A DNA stretch of 33,119 nucleotides from positions 1 through 33,119 of the IMG/VR virus record IMGVR_UViG_3300031949_000121, one strand, 5' to 3'. The notes beneath the pieces were generated by a model. That model was not told the DNA's origin, did no database searches, and saw only the letters and a program-made list of their open reading frames with translations. Both the position numbers and the translations under genes were made by a program. This stretch comes from a virus (taxonomy: Duplodnaviria; Caudoviricetes). Below are positions 1-8,341 of this stretch, piece by piece. Each line of letters starts with the position of its first letter. The first letter of the stretch is position 1.

Positions 1-162
1 GCGCACAACCATGGCGATCGCCGCCACCGGATCGTCTGGGCCCAGCACTGGCTGCTCGCCGAGGAAGATCAACTGGCCCGCATCTGTGGCGTAGCCATTG
101 CTCTTGCGGATCTGTTCCAGCCGTCCCTCCAGTTTCTCGATCGCGACGGAACGGACGCTCAC
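1..162 (-). CDS. Tail completion/terminator-like protein (5' part, runs off the window)
   Basis: Hand translation from GTG at 162 (GTGA overlap with the preceding stop) gives MSVRSVAIEKLEGRLEQIRKSNGYATDAGQLIFLGEQP...; the I..NGY.TD.G pattern and the position after the head-tail joining gene fit siphophage tail-completion proteins. Confidence 0.6.
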   Translation of the reverse strand, partial: MSVRSVAIEKLEGRLEQIRKSNGYATDAGQLIFLGEQPVLGPDDPVAAIAMVVR

Positions 163-488
163 GGTTCCACCGGCACCACGATCACTCGATAGTGATCGGC
201 GTCCACTCGCTCGGCTTCGTCGATCTTCCAGTCAGTCACGACCGAACCCTCAGAGGGCGCCACGCTGACGACCGTTCCACGGGGAACCTCGGTGAGGCCT
301 TCGAGGGGCAGCGCCAGCACGCGACGGGCCTCGGCGCGGCGGAAGTCCGTTCCGGTCGGGTACTCGACGGAGACAGGCGGGAGCCAGATGGCCCGCGTCT
401 TCACCGCACTCGCACTCGGCGGGACGACCGTCGCCGGCAGCCCGAACGCATCCAGCGCCGCCCCTATCGGTGGCCTGAAGTCACCCAC
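159..488 (-). CDS. Head-tail joining protein (gpFII-like head closure)
   Basis: 109 aa beta-rich ORF directly after the major capsid gene; size and synteny fit. Confidence 0.65.
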   Translation of the reverse strand: MGDFRPPIGAALDAFGLPATVVPPSASAVKTRAIWLPPVSVEYPTGTDFRRAEARRVLALPLEGLTEVPRGTVVSVAPSEGSVVTDWKIDEAERVDADHYRVIVVPVEP

Positions 489-494
489 GTTGGT

Positions 495-1505
495 TTACGT
501 CCCGATCGTCACCTGGACTACGGCCCGCGGCCGGAGACACAGCGCGAGGGGATTCGACTGCGTATGGATTTTCATCCAGCGTTGCAGCTCCGCGTCGATG
601 GCCTGCTTCGCATAGAGGGGCAGGCCCACGGTGTTGACCGTCTCGATGAAGTCGGCCGGCGCGAAGTAGGTCGAGAAGATGTTGGAGCCCTCGGGGAACA
701 CGTAGGCCTCGTCGTCGGCGATGAACGGCGTGCCGCCCGTCGAGCCGCGGTACTCCTCCCACGCCACGCCGGCGAACATGAACACGCGGGCGTTCGCCTG
801 CTGCTGCAGCAGCGACTGCGGGTCGGCGTAGCGCAGCGTCTGGACGACGCCGAGGTCCGAGCGCAGCGTGTCGAAGAACGTCTTGCCGCAGAAGGCGCGG
901 TAACTCGAGATGGGTTCGGCGCCCAGCTCGGCCTCGATCAGGCGCTGGATCGCGACGATCTCGGCGCGGAGCGCGTCGCCGTTGTCGGCCGCGTCGTTCG
1001 GGGTCACCGTCCCCGTCTGCTGCGAGACCCCGAACTCGGTGAACAGGTTGAGCATCGTCGAGCCGTCCGCGTCCAGGATCAGGCCCTTGATGGCGCCCGC
1101 GCGCAGGTGCTCGAGCGTCACCTCGTGCATCGCCCTCAGGTCGACCAGGCGCTCGTTGACGATGGCCTGCACGGCCTCGACCGCGTTCTCGCTGCCGAAG
1201 CTGCGCACGTTCTGGACCTCGTCGGCCAGGACCGTGCTCTCGCGCGCCAGGTGCGGGACCACGAAGCTGCGTGCCGTCCGCTTCGACGCCCCGATCGAGG
1301 ACGGCGGGGCACCGCGCGGGCTGCTCTGGATCAGGGAGAGCCGTCCGTCCTTCTCCTCGATCACGACGGTCGTCGTGGTGATACCGCGGTTGCGGAATAG
1401 GCCGAGCTGCTCGATCCGCATCGGCTTGTGAGGGGCCTTCAGGATCGCGTCGGTCAGAGACGTGACGCTGAAGATGTCGCTGCGGAAGACGTCCAACATG
1501 GGCAT
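495..1505 (-). CDS. Major capsid protein, lambda gpE family
   Basis: 336 aa; N-terminal FSVTSLTDAI, internal FAPADFIETVNTVGLP and C-terminal HTQSNPLALCLRP are typical of the lambda-E family; AGGAG SD upstream. Confidence 0.95.
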   Translation of the reverse strand: MPMLDVFRSDIFSVTSLTDAILKAPHKPMRIEQLGLFRNRGITTTTVVIEEKDGRLSLIQSSPRGAPPSSIGASKRTARSFVVPHLARESTVLADEVQNVRSFGSENAVEAVQAIVNERLVDLRAMHEVTLEHLRAGAIKGLILDADGSTMLNLFTEFGVSQQTGTVTPNDAADNGDALRAEIVAIQRLIEAELGAEPISSYRAFCGKTFFDTLRSDLGVVQTLRYADPQSLLQQQANARVFMFAGVAWEEYRGSTGGTPFIADDEAYVFPEGSNIFSTYFAPADFIETVNTVGLPLYAKQAIDAELQRWMKIHTQSNPLALCLRPRAVVQVTIGT

Positions 1506-1536
1506 GCTGATCTCCTTTTTTCCTTCTCGCTCTCGC

Positions 1537-1920
1537 TCAGTCGCGCGCGATGACGAACAGGGACGCGAGATCGGCGTAGGCGGCCGTCTTGCCGCCCGCG
1601 TCGACGCCGGAGTTCCACTGCAGATCGGCCTTGCGCACGGCCGCCAGGCGCTTCACGACGGTGACGGTGAAGTCGGCCGGGGCGCCTCCGGCCACGTTGT
1701 CGGCCTCGCCGTACAGGATCGCGGCTGCCACCTCGCTGCCGTCGCTTCCCGCGTTGTCGTACTCCACGTACTTCCCGGTCGCCGCGAGCTGCGCCAGGAC
1801 GTAACCCGGCTCGAGCTTGGTCGCCGCGGCCACGGTCAGCGTGACCTGCTCGCGGCCGATCTGCGGATCCACCTCGGCCAGGATGAACTCGCCGGTGTGC
1901 TGCCCTTCGCTCAGAGACAT
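1537..1920 (-). CDS. Head decoration protein (gpD-like)
   Basis: 127 aa; EGQHTGEFIL, REQVTL, PGYVLA, DGSEVAAAILY motifs; lies between protease and capsid genes; GAGGAG SD. Confidence 0.9.
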   Translation of the reverse strand: MSLSEGQHTGEFILAEVDPQIGREQVTLTVAAATKLEPGYVLAQLAATGKYVEYDNAGSDGSEVAAAILYGEADNVAGGAPADFTVTVVKRLAAVRKADLQWNSGVDAGGKTAAYADLASLFVIARD

Positions 1921-1936
1921 TGCGCTCTCCTCTTTT

Positions 1937-3046
1937 TCAGTGACGGAGCCTGTTCCGCTCCGCGTAGACCGCCTGCACGTCGATCACGGCCTTGGGCCGA
2001 GAGCCCTGGTCCGGGTTGAGGCCCGCGTCGATCTCGACCCTGTCCACCATCCCGGTGACCTTCGCGACGAGCGCTCGAGCGGCGTCGAACGGCATGCCGC
2101 CGGAGATCAGCTCCGGCGCCAGGTCGGCGACCTTGAACTTGTCGCAGAGCGCGCGGATGCTCTCCTGGCGTTGCGCCTCGGCGGCACGGCGCCCCTTTTC
2201 TTCGCCGACGAGCTGGTGTGCCTGGGCGGGCGTGACCTTGTCCTTCAGCAGCCGGTTCGCGAAGGCGATGTCCAGGCCGGCGGTCGCGCACAGCCCGATC
2301 ACGTCCTCGGGCTTTGCGGCGGCTTCGGCCGCGGGCAGCGCCGGGCCCGGAGGGTCCTGCGGGTTTTCGCTCTTGAGTAGAGCCGACACGCGGGCGGCGA
2401 ACCGCTCGGGCACCTTCAGCTTCGCCATGGAGCGCGGATCGATGCTCGCCGCCGCCTTGAGTCCCTCGATCTTCTCGGTGGCGAGCCCGTTCGCGATCGC
2501 CTCGTCGGCGTCGAGCCAGCTCCCCTGGCCGTCCTCGCCCTCGATCAGCGCGACGATCTCCTCGTCGTTCAGCTTGCTGTGCCACTGGTAGGTCTTCACC
2601 AGCGCGTCCCGCATCTGGTCGAGGATTTCCGCGGTGGCCCGCATGTCCCTCGCGTTCCCGACCGCGACGCTCCAGGGGTCGTGCACCATCATCAGCGCGT
2701 TGTCGGCGATGCGGATCTCTCCGCCACCCATCGCGATGACAGAGGCCGCACTGGCGGCTAGGCCCTCGATGATCGTCTCCACCTTCCGTCCGCGGGTCTG
2801 TTCCGCGCGCAGGGTGTTCGCGATCGTCAGCCCGCCGAACACGTCGCCGCCTGGCGAGTTGATCCGCACCCTCAGTGTCTTGACGGTGGCTGGCAGCTTC
2901 GCCAGCTCGTCCACGAAACTCTTGGCCGTGGTAACGTCATCGAATCCCCAGAGATCGTCGATCCAGTCGCCGATCAGCCCGAAGATGTAGATGTCGGCGG
3001 AAGCTCCGTCGGCCTCCGCCTTGATCTGGAACCACTGTCGCTTCAT
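1937..3046 (-). CDS. ClpP-type (S14) head maturation protease with C-terminal scaffold region
   Basis: RINSPGGDV, IEGLAASAAS (catalytic Ser), MMVHDPW (catalytic His); helical C-terminal extension. Confidence 0.93.
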   Translation of the reverse strand: MKRQWFQIKAEADGASADIYIFGLIGDWIDDLWGFDDVTTAKSFVDELAKLPATVKTLRVRINSPGGDVFGGLTIANTLRAEQTRGRKVETIIEGLAASAASVIAMGGGEIRIADNALMMVHDPWSVAVGNARDMRATAEILDQMRDALVKTYQWHSKLNDEEIVALIEGEDGQGSWLDADEAIANGLATEKIEGLKAAASIDPRSMAKLKVPERFAARVSALLKSENPQDPPGPALPAAEAAAKPEDVIGLCATAGLDIAFANRLLKDKVTPAQAHQLVGEEKGRRAAEAQRQESIRALCDKFKVADLAPELISGGMPFDAARALVAKVTGMVDRVEIDAGLNPDQGSRPKAVIDVQAVYAERNRLRH

Positions 3047-4641
3047 GCCGCTTCCCCTTCCCGTGTCCGATCACCTTCAGCGGGATCACCATTGCCCTTG
3101 TCACCGCCATCGGGTCTCTTGTCGTTCCTCTCGTCCGGCGGTATTGGCGATGCAGCGGAAGGCGGCTCGGTGCGCCCGTCCGAGTCGTATTCGAGCCCGA
3201 GGGCGTCGGCCCTCTCGTTGTCCTCGGCCTGCTGCTGGTCGATCACCTGGGCGTCCTCGCCCTGCTCGCTCACGATCGCGGACCGCGAAGTGAAGCCGGA
3301 CCGGATCGCCGCGCGCGCCGCCTCGACATCCTGCACGGGGTGCAGGTACGGCCAGCCCTGCGGCATCCATTCGACATTCGCCCAGGGCTGCGGATCGGCG
3401 AGGTACTCCGCCGGGATCGGGAGGGCGCCGCTCAGGAACACGTGATCCATCCAGGCGCGCCACACCGGCCGGCAGAGCTGGAAGGCAACCGTCTGATGCT
3501 GCTCGGCCTGGATCTGACGGCGGAACTCGTGCAGGATCACCCGCACCGTACGGTCGTTCACGCGGCTCATGTCCCCGGTGAGGACCTCGTACGGGACGCC
3601 CGTAGCCGCGGCCACCGCGAAGAGTTGCTGCCGCATGTAGTCGCCGTACCCGCTGATGACGTCGGGCGGCTCGGAGAACTCGACTTCCTCGCCGGGCGCG
3701 AGCTCCTGGAAGATCCCAGGCTGCAGACCGAGCACGGGCCGGTTGCCCTCGGTCGCCACGGGCTCCTGGCCCGTGATCGGGATGAGGCTCGAGGAATCCG
3801 AGGCAGGGTGCTTGAGGAACGCGACGAACATGGCCGCGAGCTGCTGGCGGATCAGCGTCGCGTCGTCGAACTTGTCGAGCTCGCGGAGCCGGATCAGCGC
3901 CTGCGTCAGGTGGGGGATCCCGCGGAGCTGGCCCGGGCGCAGCGGCTTGTAGACGTGGAGCACGCGATCGGCCGGCACGCGCCGCAACTCGCTCGGATCC
4001 CAGTCCTGCCAGTCGCCCGGACGTGTCGCGAAGAAGTAGTAGGCGACCCTTCGGCCGATGCGGTCGAACTCGATCCCGGCCCGGATCTTGTTTCCGCCAC
4101 GCGCCAGGCCGTTGTGGCCGTGCGGGCACAGCTCCGGCTCTAGCACTTGGAGCTGCATCGGTACCGGCAGGCCATCCGTGGGCAGGCGGTCGCGGCGGCG
4201 GACGAACACCTCGCCGGCCTCGAGCCAGCAGCGGACGGCCTGCCCCTGCTGGCCGTACCAGTCGAGCGTGCCGTCGGCATCGCTGTAGTCCGTCCACAGC
4301 AGCCACAGCGCCTGGAGCTTCTGGCGGAACTCCTTGTCCTCAGCCAGCGAGAGAGGCTTCAGCCCGGTCCCGACGATGTTGTAGACGAGCTTGTCGATGA
4401 CGCCTTTCGCGTAGCCGTCGTTTCGCGTGGCGACACGCGAGCGGTCGCGCAGGACGTTGAGGCTGTCGAGGATGCTCTGATTCGGGCCGAGCGTGGGGGC
4501 CAGCCAGCCGTAGGCTCGGCGAGTCGCGGACGCCGCCTCGTACACCGCGGCCCGGGCGCTCGTCGCCACGATGCCCTTCGCTGGCTTGCGCGCTCGGCCG
4601 CGAAGGCGGGCTTGCGGAAAGAGGGCCTGTTGCTCGGCCAT
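3043..4641 (-). CDS. Portal protein, lambda family
   Basis: LRDRSR...RNDGYA, GIEFDRIGRRVAY, HVYKPLRPGQLRGIP, GVPYEVLTGDMS motifs; start set at ATG 4641 (TGATG overlap with the gpW stop) rather than 4713. Confidence 0.95.
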   Translation of the reverse strand: MAEQQALFPQARLRGRARKPAKGIVATSARAAVYEAASATRRAYGWLAPTLGPNQSILDSLNVLRDRSRVATRNDGYAKGVIDKLVYNIVGTGLKPLSLAEDKEFRQKLQALWLLWTDYSDADGTLDWYGQQGQAVRCWLEAGEVFVRRRDRLPTDGLPVPMQLQVLEPELCPHGHNGLARGGNKIRAGIEFDRIGRRVAYYFFATRPGDWQDWDPSELRRVPADRVLHVYKPLRPGQLRGIPHLTQALIRLRELDKFDDATLIRQQLAAMFVAFLKHPASDSSSLIPITGQEPVATEGNRPVLGLQPGIFQELAPGEEVEFSEPPDVISGYGDYMRQQLFAVAAATGVPYEVLTGDMSRVNDRTVRVILHEFRRQIQAEQHQTVAFQLCRPVWRAWMDHVFLSGALPIPAEYLADPQPWANVEWMPQGWPYLHPVQDVEAARAAIRSGFTSRSAIVSEQGEDAQVIDQQQAEDNERADALGLEYDSDGRTEPPSAASPIPPDERNDKRPDGGDKGNGDPAEGDRTREGEAA

Positions 4642-4847
4642 CAAAGGCCCTTCTCCGCGTAGCCGAGCGACTGCTTCGGCCTGCCGCCGAGCAACGCGAC
4701 CTTGCCGGCCCAATACTGCTGAGCCGTCATCAGCTCGTCCATCGAGCGGTAGGTGACCGCGCGGTCCGCGAACTGGACCGTGCGCTCCCCCTTGGCCATG
4801 GCCGCCTCGATCGCCCCGAGCGACGCCTGCGCGGTTGCGAGCGTCAT
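4641..4847 (-). CDS. Head-tail adaptor gpW-like protein
   Basis: 68 aa; AIEAAMAKGERTVQFADRAVTYRSMDEL is the typical gpW-like pattern; immediately before the portal gene. Confidence 0.88.
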   Translation of the reverse strand: MTLATAQASLGAIEAAMAKGERTVQFADRAVTYRSMDELMTAQQYWAGKVALLGGRPKQSLGYAEKGL

Positions 4848-5575
4848 CAGGCCACCGCCTCGGTCAGCTGCGTGTCGAGGTCACGCCACATCCTCGCGAG
4901 CGGGCGGACGTGCTGCGACGAGGCGATGCCGAAGACGGCCATGCGCAGCGCGCCCTTGACGTGGACGATCTTGGTGACAGCCGGGTTGAAGCGCTCCCAA
5001 CTGGTGTCCTCGGCGTTCCACTCCAGACACGGCAGCGTGGCCACCTTCAGGCCAAGCGCTGCGGCCAGGCCGCTTTCGAGGATTGCACCCAGAGAGGCCT
5101 GATTCTGGCCGCCGTACCGCTGGCGCCATGGGCCGCGCGCTTCTATGTCGCGCAGGAAGGCCGCGTCCCGCTCAGACCAGGCGTCCATGAAGCGCCGCGT
5201 CGCGGGGCCGACGCGCACGGCGACGACGCCGGCATTCAGCGGGAAGCGCGAGCGCGACGCGTCGCGCACGGTGTAGGCGAGATCGAACTCGCGCTCCCAT
5301 AGCGAGTCGAGCGGAGCCGTCACGAACGTGTCGGCGTCGACCAGCAGGATGCGCGCGCCGTCGTGCGCTCCTTCGACGAGGCGGCGCCACTCGCAGAGCT
5401 TGTGGTGATTCGCGGCATCGGCCTCGTTCCCGCTCGCGGCCCGCACGTGTGGGTCGATCCGGCGAACGTTCACGTCCCAGCCGGGACAGTGTCGCTGCGC
5501 CGATAGAGCCAGCGCTCGCGCGAGGCGCGGGTACTGACCGTCGCCGAAGAACACGGCCTCGAGCCGCGGGCGCAC
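4847..5575 (-). CDS. Glycosyltransferase-like protein (GT-A, nucleotide-diphospho-sugar transferase type)
   Basis: ILLVDADTFV (DxD), LNAGVVAV, NQASL, CLEWN and IVHVKG follow the GT8/GT34/GT77-like motif order; no clear SD before the GTG. Confidence 0.85.
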   Translation of the reverse strand: MRPRLEAVFFGDGQYPRLARALALSAQRHCPGWDVNVRRIDPHVRAASGNEADAANHHKLCEWRRLVEGAHDGARILLVDADTFVTAPLDSLWEREFDLAYTVRDASRSRFPLNAGVVAVRVGPATRRFMDAWSERDAAFLRDIEARGPWRQRYGGQNQASLGAILESGLAAALGLKVATLPCLEWNAEDTSWERFNPAVTKIVHVKGALRMAVFGIASSQHVRPLARMWRDLDTQLTEAVA

Positions 5576-5587
5576 GGCTCATGGTGA

Positions 5588-5722
5588 GGCCGGTTTTCGG
5601 CCCTGCCCGGAGCGTTATAGATGTGAGTTAGCTAGGTGAGCTGCTGTAAAGAAATGACTTGACAGCTCTTTAACGACTTCCGCTCGTACCGCACCCGGTT
5701 CACCGACCGCGAGCCTGTCAAG
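5588..5722 (-). promoter_or_regulatory. AT-enriched internal regulatory region with tandem 13-bp repeats (candidate head-operon promoter)
   Basis: Plus-strand TTATAGATGTGAG (5615-5627) and TTAGCTAGGTGAG (5628-5640); inverted pair CTTGACAG (5658-5665)/CTGTCAAG (5715-5722); hairpin GGCCG-5nt-CGGCC (5588-5602). Confidence 0.5.
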
Positions 5723-5945
5723 CGGGAACCTGCCGCCACTCTCGCTCCCGATCCAGCGTCGCGACCACCGCGAGCGGAACCCACAAGAGCAGCCGGGGGT
5801 GCTTCCCGCGCCGGGCCCGATGGCAGCGCCCGCGATACGGCTTCAGCAGCAGCCGGACCATCTGCGGCGAGACGTGCCAGCGTTCCGCGAGGTCCGCCAC
5901 GCACCACCAGTATTTCGTTGTGGTGGTGAGGGCGAGGTCTTTCAT
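5718..5945 (-). CDS. Small HTH DNA-binding protein (excisionase/HTH_17-like)
   Basis: 75 aa; WCVADLAERWHVSPQMVRLLL helix-turn-helix followed by a basic wing; ATGA overlap with the upstream GT gene. Confidence 0.7.
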   Translation of the reverse strand: MKDLALTTTTKYWWCVADLAERWHVSPQMVRLLLKPYRGRCHRARRGKHPRLLLWVPLAVVATLDREREWRQVPA

Positions 5946-6526
5946 GGAAGCTGCAATCTCACGGTGGGCATCCCCTCCCTGCCGCGACAGGGGCAGTCCT
6001 TCGCCCGGGGCGTTTCCTTCGGCAGCTCGTCGCCGTTCGCCCTGCGCCAGTGGTAGACGTAGAGCCCCTCGAGCAGGTAGACCCGGAGCCCGGCGTCGCG
6101 CAGCGCGAAGTGCATCCGGTGGTCCACGCAGAGCATGCCATCGACGAAGCCGCCGACTCCGCTCCAGGCCCTCTTCGAGATGACGATCACAACGCCGCCG
6201 AACCCCATCGTGTCCGTGATGTCGAGCAGGGTTCGCACCCTCGTCCGCTCTGCACCGTAGCGCCGGTGTCGCACGATGTCGTGGTTGTCCTTGTCCCCCA
6301 CCTGCTGCCAGCGCGGCGCGATCCGGTTCGTGACCGCGGTGAAGGCTCCGGCATCAGGCCGGAAGTCGATCGCCTCCCTCACCTGATGCCACCAACGACG
6401 GGTCGTCCACGCGGCGTCGTGATCGAGGAAGACGGCCCAGCCGTCCTCGGGTAGCAGCGCCATCGCCTCGTTGTAGGCCTTCCCGAGATTCAGGTCCTCC
6501 GCAAACGGCGTCATGCAGAGGATCAC
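5942..6526 (-). CDS. Glycosyltransferase family 2-like protein (paralog B)
   Basis: NLGKAYN, VFLDHD (DxD), SKRAW..VGGF, CVDH, YVYH motifs of GT2-like enzymes. Confidence 0.85.
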   Translation of the reverse strand: MILCMTPFAEDLNLGKAYNEAMALLPEDGWAVFLDHDAAWTTRRWWHQVREAIDFRPDAGAFTAVTNRIAPRWQQVGDKDNHDIVRHRRYGAERTRVRTLLDITDTMGFGGVVIVISKRAWSGVGGFVDGMLCVDHRMHFALRDAGLRVYLLEGLYVYHWRRANGDELPKETPRAKDCPCRGREGMPTVRLQLP

Positions 6527-7137
6527 GGCAGGCGCCTCCTCTTCGTCGGATCACCCTGCGGGAGGCCGCGGCAGGGGCAGCCCTGCTCGGTCCGCCGATC
6601 GCGCGCATGCGGGACCTCCTCCGGTGGAGGCTTCGGTCCTCCAGTCATGCCGCGCCAGTGGTAGACGTAGAGCCCCTCGATGAGCCAGACGCGTCGCCCC
6701 GCAGCCTTGAGCGCGTAATGGAACATGTGGTCCACGCAAAGGAGCCCATCGACGAAGCCGCCGGCATCGCACCACGCCCTCTTGGAGACCAGCATCAGCA
6801 CGCCACCCCATCCTTGCGTGTCCGTCACATCAAGCAGCGTGCGGGTCTTGAGGCGTGCCTCGCCCACTTTCCGATGCTGGCCAAGATCGTGGCGCGCCCG
6901 GGCGGCCTCTGGCGCCACCTGCCATCGGCTCGCCATGCGGTTGGTGATGGCAGTGAAGCACCCGTCCGGCTCCGCCGCCACGGCCGCTGCGAGCTGCCGG
7001 TTCCAGGCAGTGGTCGTGAACATCATGTCGTGGTCGAGGAAGCAGACCCAGTCCTCCGGCCCAACCAGGTTGAAGGTCTCGTTATAGGCGCGCCCCAGAT
7101 TCAGATCCTCCGCGTAGGGGACCGCCGTCAAGATCAC
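6523..7137 (-). CDS. Glycosyltransferase family 2-like protein (paralog A)
   Basis: Start moved to GTG 7137 (GTGA overlap; MILTAVPYAEDLNLGRAYN aligns with the paralog B N-terminus); CFLDHD, SKRAWCDAGGF, CVDH, YVYH. Confidence 0.85.
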   Translation of the reverse strand: MILTAVPYAEDLNLGRAYNETFNLVGPEDWVCFLDHDMMFTTTAWNRQLAAAVAAEPDGCFTAITNRMASRWQVAPEAARARHDLGQHRKVGEARLKTRTLLDVTDTQGWGGVLMLVSKRAWCDAGGFVDGLLCVDHMFHYALKAAGRRVWLIEGLYVYHWRGMTGGPKPPPEEVPHARDRRTEQGCPCRGLPQGDPTKRRRLP

Positions 7138-7646
7138 CGGACGGCCTCCACCCTGAAGTCCCGGCCGCTGGCGTACGTGTGGTATTGCTGCGGAAGCACG
7201 AGGATGGAGGACCACGGGGCCGACTCGCGCAGGAGGGCCACCAGTGTCTCTGGGTCGTATCCCCAGCTGTGAAGATATGAAGGATCGCGGTGTGCGGGGT
7301 CTCCGTAAATGGGCCACATGATCCGCTCGAAGAGGTGCCCCGACGTCGGGACCTTGTCGAGCCCAGCCAGAAGGCGCGCTGCGACCGCGATGTCGGGCTG
7401 CTCCAGCACCAGCGTCCCGCCCGGGCGCAGAACGTCGTGGATCTCCCCCAGCAGCGGACCCGCGTCCCAGCGCCAGAAGTGCTCGATGCCGTGGATCAGC
7501 TCGATGAGGTCCCACTTCTTGTCCCTCACCGCTGCCGGCAGCGGCGGGATCTCAGCGAGGATGTCCGGGGAATGCGCAGGGTTACAGTCGAGCCGCAGGA
7601 ATCCGGCGGGCCGCGTGGGGCCGGAGCAGAGCAGGAGCTTCCTCAC
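7134..7646 (-). CDS. Class I SAM-dependent methyltransferase (glycan-locus type)
   Basis: Start GTG 7646 (GTGA overlap); LLLCSG...GFLRLD, WDLIELIHGIEHF, LLGEIHDVLRPGGTLVLEQPD; no DPPY/NPPY or PC motif of DNA methyltransferases. Confidence 0.85.
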   Translation of the reverse strand: MRKLLLCSGPTRPAGFLRLDCNPAHSPDILAEIPPLPAAVRDKKWDLIELIHGIEHFWRWDAGPLLGEIHDVLRPGGTLVLEQPDIAVAARLLAGLDKVPTSGHLFERIMWPIYGDPAHRDPSYLHSWGYDPETLVALLRESAPWSSILVLPQQYHTYASGRDFRVEAVR

Positions 7647-8341
7647 GGATGGACGTGCCGCGTGAAGTGCTGGTTGGTCGAGAGATCTACGTCGAAGCCG
7701 ACCGGCTCGATCCCGTGCTCCATGAGGAGCGGCGAGAGCGCGGCTTGATCGAGGATCGAGAAGCGGAGGACGCAGTTCCACCACGCGTCCAGGAACGCGT
7801 GCGTGCGCGAAGCGTTGGCCATGAGCCAGAGCCCGCCCGCCCAGAGCTTCAGCGCCTCCAGGTCATGGATCCGACTGAAGAACTCGCGCTCGCGCTCCAG
7901 CGCCTCCGCGGAGTACCGCCCCGCTAGGTAAGGATTCCCCAGCTCGATCTGCCGCAGAACGTAGCCGTACTCCTGCGCCACCGTTTGGCGGTCGGGGTGC
8001 GGGACGAATACGGCGCGTGATCCATCAGGGGCCGCGAACCCTGACCACTCGGTCAGAAACTCGAGAGAGTGGAACTCGAAGCTCGCGTCAGCCCACGCTA
8101 GCCACGGGTAACCGCGCACCTCGGGGAGGTGGTGGGCCTGGCACTTGAAAAACTTGGCCTTGAGCCTGGGCTCGCTCGCTGGGTACGGAGGCACCAGGAT
8201 CCTGGTCCACGTGGAGGCAGCTGAGCCGAGGCTGGGCACGTCGGTGTAGTAGAGCGCGTCGATGCCCGGGTGCGGCGGCAGCGCAAAGAGGGGATCGATG
8301 CCGCCCATGTTCGCCGTCACGAGCGCGATGCTGGTCCCCAT
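7643..8341 (-). CDS. Glycosyltransferase-like protein, DUF616 (TOD1/MUCI70-like)
   Basis: IALVTANMGGID, LYYTD, AKFFKCQAH, WADAS, HPDRQTV..E, WWNCV...DQAAL match the DUF616 motif order. Confidence 0.8.
   Translation of the reverse strand: MGTSIALVTANMGGIDPLFALPPHPGIDALYYTDVPSLGSAASTWTRILVPPYPASEPRLKAKFFKCQAHHLPEVRGYPWLAWADASFEFHSLEFLTEWSGFAAPDGSRAVFVPHPDRQTVAQEYGYVLRQIELGNPYLAGRYSAEALEREREFFSRIHDLEALKLWAGGLWLMANASRTHAFLDAWWNCVLRFSILDQAALSPLLMEHGIEPVGFDVDLSTNQHFTRHVHP

Noticed and set aside
5172-5582. ATG-initiated 136-aa ORF just upstream of the fourth GT, suggesting a frameshift
   Set aside because: The translation is Arg-rich and motif-free, and the GT frame is complete from GTG 5575; no slippery site is evident.
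7134-7646. Methyltransferase as a DNA methylase or anti-restriction gene
   Set aside because: It lacks DNA MTase catalytic motifs; its HGIEHF and LRPGG pattern and its GT neighbours fit a glycan or small-molecule methyltransferase.
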